A stretch of DNA of 64,000 nt, taken from the NCBI GenBank assembly GCA_963711305.1, contig CAVQDT010000007.1, positions 589,246-653,245 of the forward strand, given 5' to 3'. This document shows positions 21,795-32,293 of this stretch, piece by piece. The DNA is from an uncultured Pseudomonadota bacterium. GTDB lineage: Bacteria; Myxococcota_A; Polyangia; Fen-1088. Within the stretch, counting starts at the first letter, position 1. Every line of letters starts with the position of its first letter. The translations under genes were made by a program, and so were the position numbers. A model generated the notes under the pieces. The model was not told where the DNA came from, ran no database searches, and was given only the letters and a program-made list of their open reading frames with translations.

Positions 21795-22645
21795 CCGATC
21801 GACCCGACGCGCGGCACACCGTGCCGCAGGCTTCGCTCGACGAAGGGGATGCGGATGCGCGCCGCACGGACGGCCTACGGTCGATCCTGGTCGTCCCCTG
21901 CTACAACGAGGCCGCGCGGCTCGACGACGACGCGTTGCTTTCGCTCGCGGGCGGCGAGTTCCCGGCGACGCGGCTCTTGCTGGTCGACGACGGATCGCGC
22001 GACGACACCGGCGCGCGCCTGACCGCGCTCGCGCATCGCGCGCCCGGGCGGATCGAGACCCTCGCGCTCGACCGCAACCGCGGCAAGGCCGAGGCCGTGC
22101 GCCAGGGAATCCTCGCCGCGCTCGCGAGCGGCGCCGACGTCGTCGGCTACTTCGACGCCGACCTCTCGACGCCCGCGTCGGAGATCCGACGCCTGCTGTC
22201 CCTCCTCGACGAGCGGCCCCAGATCGCCGTCGTGATCGGCGCGCGCATCTCGCTGCTCGGCAACGACATCCAGCGCAGCCACACGCGCCACTACCTCGGC
22301 CGCGTGTTCGCGACGCTGGCGTCGCTGATCCTGCGCGCGCGCGTCTACGACACCCAGTGCGGCGCCAAGCTGTTCCGGCGCTCCGACGCGCTCGCGGCCG
22401 CGCTGCGCGAACCCTTCCTCTCGCGCTGGTCGTTCGACGTCGAGCTCCTCGGCCGCCTGCTGGTCGGCGACGCGAGCACGCCCGCGATCTTCGAGCGCCA
22501 GGTCCTCGAGGTCCCGCTGCGCTCCTGGCGCGACGTCCCCGGCTCGAAGCTGCGCCTCGGCGCCATGGCCGGCGCGCTCAAGGACCTGGCGGAGATCGCG
22601 GGGGATCTGTCGCGGAGGCGAAGAGAGGCCGAGCGCCGGGGGTAG
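21791..22645 (+). CDS. Family-2 glycosyltransferase, dolichyl/polyprenyl-phosphate beta-glucosyltransferase (ALG5)-like
   Basis: GTG 21791 overlaps the upstream stop (GTGA). ILVVPCYNEAARL, LLLVDDGSRDDT, DRNRGKAEAVRQG, GYFDADLSTP, YDTQCGAKLFR, SRWSFDVELL. Confidence 0.8.
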   Translation: MTDRPDARHTVPQASLDEGDADARRTDGLRSILVVPCYNEAARLDDDALLSLAGGEFPATRLLLVDDGSRDDTGARLTALAHRAPGRIETLALDRNRGKAEAVRQGILAALASGADVVGYFDADLSTPASEIRRLLSLLDERPQIAVVIGARISLLGNDIQRSHTRHYLGRVFATLASLILRARVYDTQCGAKLFRRSDALAAALREPFLSRWSFDVELLGRLLVGDASTPAIFERQVLEVPLRSWRDVPGSKLRLGAMAGALKDLAEIAGDLSRRRREAERRG

Positions 22646-22699
22646 GGGGGACGGTGATAGCCTGACCCGAGTGGTCGGTGGTAGGCGGAGCAACATTCC

Positions 22700-23992
22700 G
22701 TGCGTGGTACCGACAACTCTGTTGTTGTCCTCAGGAGGGGTCCCGTGCAGCAATCGCTCAAACCAGCTCACTCTCGTTTTCTGCGACCAGCTTCGGTTGT
22801 CCTGGGGGTGTCGGCCATCACGTTGGTGGCGTGCACTCAGTACCGAGTGGCAGAGAGCGACGGAGGTAGCGAACACGTTGGGAGCGGCGGCGCTGCGGGA
22901 TCCGTCATGGCTGGCATGGACGGCGGAGCAGGAACTACCACGACTGGAAAGGGCGGCGCTGGAGGCTTCGGTGGTTTGGGTGGCGCCGGCGGAATAGTGA
23001 CGACGGTCGACGGATCGGTCCACGACACGTCAGTTGACTCTGCGGTGGACAAGCCGGGGGTAGACGCCCCGAGTGACGCATGCAATCCCTCCACGAGTTG
23101 CTGCGGTAGCACGTGCGTTGCGCCTCCCTCCGCGATCTGGACCATTGGCGCTCTGGTGGGGACAAGCACAGCATGCCCGGCGGGATACTCATCGACGGTT
23201 ACTACGATTCACACGGGCGTCAGCGTAGGTTGCGCCTCGGGTTGCGGTTGCTCTTCGCCTGTCACGGGTTCGTGTTTCATGAGCTTCAGCATGAGCTTTC
23301 CGCTCAGCACTGGAAACACTACGGTTTTCGGCGAGATGCAATGCACGGCGGCCTGGGGGATCGGATCGGACATTGCGACCCAAATCTCCGCTAACCAGCC
23401 GGCATCGTTCAATGCCTGCTCGGACGGGACGTCCTGCCCCTGCGACGGCAGAGTGTGCCCGAACTGCAGCCCGACCGGTGCGACGGCGCCACTCTCGGTC
23501 TGGCAAACGTCGATGAACTTTTGTCCGCTCGCGTCCGGCGCGGCGACATGCCCGTCAGGCCAGTGTGCGCCGAGTGCGACGAAGATCTGCTTAATGGCCG
23601 CGGGCACCCAGCCATGCCCGGCGGGATTCACTGCGATGGGCGCCAGTGGCAGCTGGGCAACGGGTGCGACGCCTGCGGGCGCAGCTTGTACTTGCAGCGG
23701 ATGCGGCGTCGCCTCCGGAGAGAGCTGTACCGGCACCTTGATGACCGTTGGGTACGGTGTGTGTCATCCGGACCCAGTCATGCCCGGAAGCTCTCTGGCC
23801 GGCCAGTTCAAGGGCGACGGCACAAGTCCCCCGATCGTTCCCGATGCGAGCAATACGCTGGGTGGCTGGCTCGCTTCGGAACTCTTCCCCGCGCTCACGG
23901 GTACCCCGACGCCTGGGGTCTGCGCCGCGCCGAAAGCAATACCCTCGGGCGGGTACACGCCGACCGGTCCGCAGACGGTCTGCTGCCTCTAA
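22700..23992 (+). CDS. Cys-rich lipoprotein 1 (Gly-rich linker, about 40 Cys, unassigned fold)
   Basis: Intact ORF (GTG start; alternative GTG at 22745). The lipobox region VVLGVSAITLVAC is followed by TQYRVAESDGGSEHVGSGGAAG, homologous to the N-terminus of the gene at 25247-26354. Two CPAG(Y/F) modules; ends with CCL. Confidence 0.75.
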   Translation: MRGTDNSVVVLRRGPVQQSLKPAHSRFLRPASVVLGVSAITLVACTQYRVAESDGGSEHVGSGGAAGSVMAGMDGGAGTTTTGKGGAGGFGGLGGAGGIVTTVDGSVHDTSVDSAVDKPGVDAPSDACNPSTSCCGSTCVAPPSAIWTIGALVGTSTACPAGYSSTVTTIHTGVSVGCASGCGCSSPVTGSCFMSFSMSFPLSTGNTTVFGEMQCTAAWGIGSDIATQISANQPASFNACSDGTSCPCDGRVCPNCSPTGATAPLSVWQTSMNFCPLASGAATCPSGQCAPSATKICLMAAGTQPCPAGFTAMGASGSWATGATPAGAACTCSGCGVASGESCTGTLMTVGYGVCHPDPVMPGSSLAGQFKGDGTSPPIVPDASNTLGGWLASELFPALTGTPTPGVCAAPKAIPSGGYTPTGPQTVCCL

Positions 23993-24021
23993 CCGATCGC
24001 CGACTGAGCCCGATGATCAGG

Positions 24022-25065
24022 TCAGGACGACGTTCTCTTGCGGCGGCGACGCTTGAAGCGCGAGCAATGCGACGAGCAGAACACTGCTCGAGGCCCCACC
24101 GACACCATGCCGCCGCAGCGGCGCAGCTGCATCCGCTGTCGGATCCCGTGCGTCCCGCCGGTGCCGCTATCCTGACCGCCGCCCGACGAGCCGCCCTCGC
24201 CGGCCCTCCGCGTCGGTGCTGCCGCCGGCGCCGGCCGTCGTGCTCCCTCCGGTGCCGCCCGACGGCGCGCCACCGGTACCGGTCACGGAAGCCCCACCCG
24301 TCCCAGTCACCGTCGAGCCGCCCGCGCCGGTAGCGCCCCGCCCGCGCCGGTCCTGCCGCCCGTGCCCGCGCTCGCATCGCGCGTGCCGGCGTCGACGGTA
24401 CCGGTCAGCCGCCACTCCCGGTGGCGCTACCGGGCGAGCGGCCATGTCGGCGCAGTGGTGATAGTTGCACTGTCCCGGAACGTGTGGTCGGTCATGATCA
24501 TCAGGACCTGCAGCGTGCAGGGACTCGCCATGCTGCAGTGAGCAGCTGGCGGGAATTATCACCTGATAGTTCTGCGTTCCGCTTTGAATCGTCGCCATGC
24601 CTGCGGCGGTTGACCCGGCTGGCAGTCCGAGCTTGTCAGCGATCACTGGTTGCGTCGGTGACCAGACCGGGTTGTCAATGAACGGCGGCGTGCAGGATCC
24701 ATTGTTCGGTCGCCCCCAACTCCGGCGGGTCAGGAAGATTCGTCGCGGTCTGGAGTCGAAGCTCGCACCCTCACGAAGCGAGATGCGCCACCAACCCGGG
24801 TGAGCGACCGTTGAGGTCACGGTTACCGTCACCGGTTGCCCTGACTGGTATACGTTCACGACGTTGGTCGCCATCGTCGTGGTTGGCGCCTCGCTCGGAC
24901 TGCCGCAAGGAGGAGTCTTCTGCGGGGCCCCCTGCAGGGTTGGGCTGAGGTCCTGCGTCCACCAGTTGGTGGGCGCTTCGAGTATGTAGTGAGCGTCCGC
25001 GAGTGCGGGCGCGAGGAGGCTAGGCTCCGAAGGAGAACGGTGGCGGCGCGGTTCAGTCTAGACAT
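24022..25065 (-). CDS. Histidine-brace (LPMO-like) secreted protein 1 with MYXO-CTERM-type tail (about five frame breaks)
   Basis: Hand translation from ATG 25065 gives MSRLNRAATVLLRSLA, a break at about 25020, then LLAPALADA/HYILEAPTNW...PPCGSP...VAHPGWWRISL...CTLQVLMIMTDH...NYHHCADM, a Gly-rich spacer, DSGCSC, a hydrophobic stretch VLLVALLAL, and RRRRKRTSS with the stop at 24022. It is collinear with the gene at 26416-27187. Confidence 0.6.
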
Positions 25066-25246
25066 GTCGACTCCCTTTGACTTTTCGAAGGCGCTCGGGC
25101 AAGCAGCGTCAGATTGCGGCGGATCGTCGCGCCCGCTCTCGAGCGCTCGCGGGAACGCCGCAGGCGCCATGTATAGCGCCAAACCCTCGGCTCGTCCATC
25201 GGAGGAGCTGCGATTTCAAGGCGTTGCCGCGACGAGCCCACGTCGC

Positions 25247-26354
25247 ATGCGTCATGTCCGGAAAGGCATGGCACTTCGTCCAATCGGAATGCGCGGCAAG
25301 GGACTCGTGACGACGGTAACGAAAAAGTGGCTGCGGTCATGGCTGCCGCTGCTCAGTTCGGTCGCGTGCACGAAATACACTGTCGCGCCCTCGGATGGTG
25401 GTGACGGTCACCTCGCGAGCGGCGGCGGCGCCGGGGCGATGGCGGGGGCGGGCGGCGCTGGTGGCGCGGGACCGAAGCTCGACGCATCGCCGGGACTGGG
25501 CGGCGCGGCGGGCTCGGGAACCGGCACAGGTGGTGCGGGCGGGATGGGTGGCAGCGCCGGGTCGGGAGTGGGAGTCGACGCGTCAACAAAGGACGCGCTC
25601 GCGGACGTGAAAGACGCTGTGGCGGATCTGCCCCTCGACACTGGGGGGGCCCTGCTCGCGAACGGCGCAAGTTGTCAGATAGGAAACGCCTGCCAGTCGG
25701 GAAAATGTGTCGACTCGTTCTGCTGTGATTCGGACTGTACGGGCCAGTGTCAGTCGTGCGGCGAATCGTCGTCACCGGGAAAATGCGTCACGATCAGCGG
25801 CACTGTGCGCGGGCAGATCCGACCAACTTGCACCGGTTCGGGCACATGCGCGGCCACGTGCAACGGGACGGATCCCGCTCAGTGTCACTTCCCCGGTTCA
25901 GAGAAACCCTGCGCTTCGGCTACCTGCACAGCCGGCGTCGCGAAGGCTGCCGCATCCTGCGATGGAGCCGGCAACTGTCCCCCGGGCGCGACGAGCAGCT
26001 GCGATCCGTTCATCTGCGGCGACCACAGCCTGCAAGACCACTTGCACCACATCGGCGGACTGCACCGGCAGCAGCTATTGCGTGGCCCCGAACTGTGTCG
26101 CCAAGAAAGGGCTCGGCGCCGTCTGTGGCGGCGGCGAGCAATGTACGACCGGCATCTGCGGCGGGCGGTGCTGCACGGCTCCGTGCACGTACCCGCAACC
26201 GAGCCCAGGACACGTGTTCAACAATCCCGGTTTTGACTCCGACGTGACCTCGTGGGAGCGCCTCAGATCCTCCGTTGACCAAACCAGTGGCATTCAATGG
26301 AGTAGTCAGGATGTCGACGGCTGCCCCTTCTCCGGCTCGGGCTCGCGTCACTAG
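25247..26354 (+). CDS. Cys-rich lipoprotein 2 (Gly-rich linker, CxSGxC-type Cys repeats; one frame break near 26030)
   Basis: ORFs 24989-26236 and 25707-26354 join. Candidate starts are ATG 25247, 25268 and 25289. LPLLSSVACTKYTVAPSDGGDGHLASGGGAG, then ASCQIGNACQSGKCVDSFCCDSDCTGQCQSC..., CVAKKGLGAVCGGGEQCTTGICGGRCC. The tail FNNPGFDSDVTSWE ends abruptly. Confidence 0.65.
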
Positions 26355-26415
26355 TTCTTGCGTGCCCTTGATGTAGAGTCTTGAAAGCGACTTTCAGAAT
26401 TTACGGAGATTCGTA

Positions 26416-27187
26416 ATGCACACGCGAGCGCAATTCCGACTCATCGCCTCGACGATCCTCGTGACGATCGCGTCCTTCTCGGGCGCTGCTCACGCGCACT
26501 TCAATCTGATCATGCCGCCGCCGGCCGATAGCGCGACCGACGGAGGCAAGGGCGCGCCGCCGTGCGGACCGACGACGGCGTCCGGCGTGGTGACGGCGGT
26601 CCAGGGTGGACATGCCCTCACGGTGTCACTCAACGAGACGGTCCTGCACCCGGGGCACTATCGCATCGCCCTGTCGATCAACTCACGCAGCGAATTGCCG
26701 GCGGATCCGGTCGCCGTCATCGACGCCAACGGCAACTCGGTTTCGGCGCCGTTCGAAGATCCGGCGGTGTTTCCGGTGCTGGCCGACGACGTCTTCGATC
26801 ACACGACGGGCACGACACCCATCCCGTTTTCGACCCAGGTCATGCTACCCAACGTCACCTGCAGCAAATGCACGCTGCAGGTGATCGAGTTCATGGCGAG
26901 GCACGGAGCCAATCCCGGCGGCGGTTTCTACTATCACCACTGCGCCGATCTCGCGATCACCGCCGATCCGAGCCATGCCGATCTTCGACCCGAATGCGAC
27001 GTCCGGCAGCGGTGGCGCGACGGGACCGCGGGCGCGACCGGAAACACCGACGGTGGAAGCAACCCCAAGGACTCCGGCAGCGGCTGCACGCTCGCGGGAC
27101 GGAGCGCGCACGCTGTCGGGCGGTACAGCCACCGCCCTGCTCGCGCTCGGTCTGACGCTCGCGCTGCGCCGCCGGCGCCGTCGCTGA
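26416..27187 (+). CDS. Histidine-brace (LPMO-like) secreted protein 2 with MYXO-CTERM-type tail (at least one frame break)
   Basis: MHTRAQFRLIASTILVTIASFSGAAHA/HFNLIMPPP places His directly after an AxA cleavage site. Also PPCGP, LHPGHYRIALS, VTCSKCTLQVIEFMA, GGFYYHHCADLAI. After the break (ORF 26975-27187) it reads DSGSGCTLAG...TATALLALGLTLALRRRRRR. Confidence 0.7.
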
Positions 27188-27232
27188 GCAGCGCGCTCTA
27201 CGGCAACCGCGGGTGCGGCAGCTCGGGCGGCT

Positions 27233-27867
27233 TCATCTGATCGAACGGAAGCCGCATGAGCGGCGACGGCATCTGTGACGCCGCGACAACGGATGGTGGA
27301 GCAGATGGTAGTGCCAGGCCCAGAAGCCGGTCGCGGCGGTCGCGCTGAGCAGCACCGCCGCGGTCCCGAGCGCCCACGGCAACAGCGCCGGCCCGATGCC
27401 CGGCGTCGGCACGCGCAGCGTCGGATCCAGCAGCTCCGGACCGTGCGCCGTGCTGCGAAACGGCCCTTCGGCGGCGCCCGCGTCGTCGAGGAAGCCCTCG
27501 GCGGCGATCTCGTCGCCCTGGTGCAGCATCACCTCCTCGACGCGCAGCGCGCCGTCGAGGTCGAACTGCTTGCCGGCGGCGAGCGCGCCCGGCGTCCCCT
27601 CGCGGTGCAGCACCGGCGCCGCGTGAATGCGCGCCGACTCCGGATCCAGCCGCAGCCGCAGCGGCGGCAATGACTGCCCGTCGCCGCCCGCACGCAGCCA
27701 GTGGATCTCGAACGCGTCGGGCGACGCGACCTCGTGCACCAGCTGCATGCGCGGCGCGATGTGTTGCGTGATGCGCAGCCGCCAGTGCACGCATGCGAGA
27801 CCCGACACCGGCGAGCGCAGGAGCTCACTGCCAGCGTGAACCGTGCCCTGAAAAGCAACCGCCTTGG

Positions 27868-27871
<4 letters not shown>
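27233..27871 (-). CDS. Hypothetical protein with C-terminal TM segment (weak GIDE-like resemblance)
   Basis: Intact ORF. The start overlaps the stop of the upstream regulator (ATGA at 27871-27868). [31 protein letters not shown] is reminiscent of GIDE-family proteins (from memory, weak). TM segment: [25 protein letters not shown]. Confidence 0.6.
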
Positions 27872-29392
<1,521 letters not shown>

Positions 29393-29464
29393 ATGAGACG
29401 TCGATCAATCCTTGCCCATTCGATACTCTTCGGCAAGACCGCGTTTCGGCGGCCGGTCGGAGAG

Positions 29465-30343
29465 TCAGCATTCGGCGAGCAGGGCCTCGATTGCCGCGCG
29501 CATCGCCCGTGCCGACGTCGCGCGAAAGCGGCGTCCGTGTCCCGGCAACACCCACTCGAACCGATGGTCGCAGCAGCCGGCGCAGCGATGCGATCTGCTC
29601 GCGCCACAGAATACCAACAGACCGACCGCGACATCCCCAGTCGTCCGGTGTCTTCGTCGCCCCACAGGTGATCGCCGGTGAACAGGAAGGTCTCGCCGTA
29701 GCAGCAGCGCGGTGCTGCCGCGCGTGTGGCCGGGCACGGGAATGGCCAGCAGATCGACGTCGAGGCGGATCGGATCAGCGCCGTGGAGCCGGCGCTCGAC
29801 GTCGCGCGTGCCGGCGCCGACGTCGGCGGCGTGCATGATCCGCACGCAGCCGAAGACCGCGTGGAAACGCGCATGGTCGGCGACGTCGTCGCGGTGGGTG
29901 AGGAACATCCGGCGCACGCCGCCCAGCTCATGCCAGGCGCGCGAACAGCGGCCGCGCGGCGCGCGGCGAATCGACGAGCAAGTTGTCGGCGCCGGCGCGG
30001 CGCACGAGGTACGACGACGCGCCGTACGACGACGGCGAGCGCGTAGCCGCAGGCATAGACGCCGCCGGCGATCTCCTCGGGGAACGCACGCGCCGCATCC
30101 GATGGGATCGCGCTTACTCGCGCTGCCGATCGACGCCGTCGGGCACGCGACCATCGCCATCAGCGCGCGGCGCTCGTCGGCGGGCGAGACCGGCTGCTCG
30201 CTGACCACCGACTGCCCCGCGCGTCCGTCGCGCGCGAAGACCGACGGCGCGATCTGGCGGCAGGTCTCACAATCGATGCACGTGTCGTCGACGTAGAGAT
30301 CGCCGGCCGCGTTCTCGGGCAGACGTCTCGCCAGCCGCGCCAT
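29465..30343 (-). CDS. Ferredoxin-domain / MBL-fold metallo-hydrolase fusion protein (about three frame breaks)
   Basis: ATG 30343 lies 2 nt after the kinase stop. N-terminus MARLARRLPENAAGDLYVDDTCIDCETCRQIAPSVF...ACPTASIG (single Fe-S cluster ferredoxin pattern). Then RMFLTHRDDVADHARF, LLAIPVPGHTRGS, FTGDHLW (MBL-fold motifs) spread over the frames of ORFs 29465-31291 and 29365-29931. Confidence 0.7.
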   Translation of the reverse strand: MARLARRLPENAAGDLYVDDTCIDCETCRQIAPSVFARDGRAGQSVVSEQPVSPADERRALMAMVACPTASIGSASKRDPIGCGACVPRGDRRRRLCLRLRARRRRTARRRTSCAAPAPTTCSSIRRAPRGRCSRAWHELGGVRRMFLTHRDDVADHARFHAVFGCVRIMHAADVGAGTRDVERRLHGADPIRLDVDLLAIPVPGHTRGSTALLLRRDLPVHRRSPVGRRRHRTTGDVAVGLLVFCGASRSHRCAGCCDHRFEWVLPGHGRRFRATSARAMRAAIEALLAEC

Positions 30344-30345
30344 CG

Positions 30346-31944
30346 CTACCCCTTGTCGCTGCCGTCGCCCACGGCGCGCGGCAGCCCCGGCGACGTCTCC
30401 TCGGGCGCGGCGGCGCGCCAGCCTTCCGCCACCGCGACGCTGGCCGCGCACGGCAGGAAGACGCGGAAGACGGCGCCGCCCTCGGCGGGGCTGTCGACCT
30501 CGATCCAGCCGTCGTGGTCCTTGACGATGCCGTGGCTCACCGCGAGGCCGAGCCCGGTCCCCTGCCCTTCGTCCTTGGTGGTGAAGAACGGCTCGAAGAT
30601 CTTGCCGCGGTTCTCGGCGCGGAATGCCGGGGCCGGTGTCGGCGATCTCGAGCATGGCGTAGGGCGCGGGCGACGCCAGGTCCAGCCCCTCCTTGCGCCG
30701 CGTGACCCGCTCGGCGGTGATGCGCAGCGTGCCGCCGCTCGGCATGGCGTGGATCGCGTTCATGAGCAGGTTCAGGCAGACCTGCTGGATCTGATCGGGA
30801 TCGCCCGGCACCTCGGGCGGCGACGGCAGCACGCGCACGTCGGTCTTGATCTGCTGGCGATCGACGATCTCGCGCAGGAACTCCAGCGCCTCGGCGACCA
30901 CCGAGCCGAGGTGCACCGACGTGATGGTCGGCCCGCGCTGGCGCGAGAAATCCAGCACCTGGCGGATGATCTTCGCGATGCGATCGACCTCGCCGGTGAT
31001 GATGCCGGCGTTGCGCGTGACCTCGGCCGGATCGCTCGCGCGGTGGCTCTTGCCGAGCGCTCGCGCGCGCCCGCCGATCACGTTCAGCGGCGTGCCGACC
31101 TCGTGCGCGATCTCGGCGGCCATCTGACCGATCGTCGCCAGCTTCTCCGACTGGCGCAGGCGCGTCTCCAGCGACAGGCGCGCCTGCACGCCGCGCTCGC
31201 CGTCCTCGCGCGCCTCGCGCAGCGATCCGGTCATGGCGTTGAACCGGCCGGCGATGGTGCCGATCTCGTCGTCGCGATCGGCGAGCAGCACGCGCGACAG
31301 GTCGCCCTTGCCGACCGCCGTCGATGCCGTCGAGCAGCCGGCGCAGCGGCAGCGCGACGACGGTGCGCATCGCGAGCTCGACGCCGATCGCGACGAACAC
31401 CAGCGCGCCCAGGAACAGCGAGAAGATCCGCCCCGCCGTCGCCGCGACCGCGTCCTTGACGTAGCGCGCGTCGCGCCGCATGCCCAGCATCGCCTTGGGC
31501 CGGCGCGCCGGGTGGTGCTGCGGCAGCGCCATGCCGGCCGTGTCTTGCAGACGGCACCGCCATCGCGAACGCCGGCTCGCGGCCCGGTGCCTCGAGCAGA
31601 TTCCCGACGGGGCCGTCCTCGATCTCGGCCGCCTGCGCGAGGATCAGCCAGGACTGGTCGGTGGTCTGCCAGCGGTCGCCGACGCGCAGGACTTCGAGCT
31701 TGAAGGCGTCGTCGCGCTCGCGTGACATCCAGGCGCGCTCGGTCAGCACGCGCGTCGTCGCCTCGGTGTCGTCGGAGACCGGCTCGAGCCCGCTGCGCAG
31801 GGTCTCGGCGACCTCGCGCGCCTGGCGATCGAGATCCGCTTCCAGATCGGCGCGCCGCAGCTTGAGCGCCGCGTAACCGGAGGCGGCGAGCACCGGGGCC
31901 ACCAGCACGGTGGTCACGACGGTGACGCGGGTGCCGAGCTTCAT
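30346..31944 (-). CDS. Sensor histidine kinase (TM, HAMP, HisKA, HATPase; about three frame breaks)
   Basis: [27 protein letters not shown] (TM1), second [46 protein letters not shown]-box [23 protein letters not shown]-box [11 protein letters not shown]-boxes IADTGPGIP and [13 protein letters not shown] (last part in ORF 30346-30540). Confidence 0.85.
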
Positions 31945-32017
31945 CGTTGGCCCAGTATACCCCCGGGGCTGCAGCCGGCTCCCCGCCGGCCGCGGCGTGC
32001 TATACGATCCGCACCGA

Positions 32018-32257
32018 ATGGCCATCACCGCGGACGAGATTCGCACCAAGATCGCAGCGGCAATCCCCGGCGCCGAGGTCACCGTTCAGGACCTGACCGG
32101 CGGCGGGGACCATTACGCCGCGACCGTGGTTGCCGCGGCGTTCCGCGGGCAAGGCCCGGTCGATCGGCACCGCATGGTGTACGCCGCGCTCGGCGCCGCC
32201 ATGAACGGCCCCATCCACGCGCTGGCGCTGACCACGCGCACGCCCGAAGAATCGTAA
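32018..32257 (+). CDS. BolA family protein
   Basis: MAITADEIRTKIAAAIPGAEVTVQDLTGGGDHYAATVVAAAFRGQGPVDRHRMVYAAL...IHALALTT: BolA-type length and pattern. Lies immediately upstream of a CGFS glutaredoxin. Confidence 0.8.
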   Translation: MAITADEIRTKIAAAIPGAEVTVQDLTGGGDHYAATVVAAAFRGQGPVDRHRMVYAALGAAMNGPIHALALTTRTPEES

Positions 32258-32293
32258 CCAACGACCCCGCAACCAGCAGGAGACGACAGGACC

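Noticed and set aside
21020-22645. Single 541-aa ORF suggesting a methyltransferase-glycosyltransferase fusion protein
   Set aside because: The methyltransferase continues in another frame to a TGA at 21792-21794. The GT2 has its own GTG at 21791 (GTGA overlap). The apparent fusion is produced by a +1 break near 21620-21650.
15000-26500. Genomic island with mobility genes
   Set aside because: Composition is lower in patches, but I found no integrase, transposase, tRNA target or flanking direct repeats. Only the compositional observation is reported.
27296-27325. Minus-strand TGGCAC-N5-TCTGC resembling a sigma54 -24/-12 element near the NtrC-type regulator
   Set aside because: It lies inside the coding sequence of the 27233-27871 gene, the -12 part deviates from TTGC, and no gene lies downstream in the right orientation.
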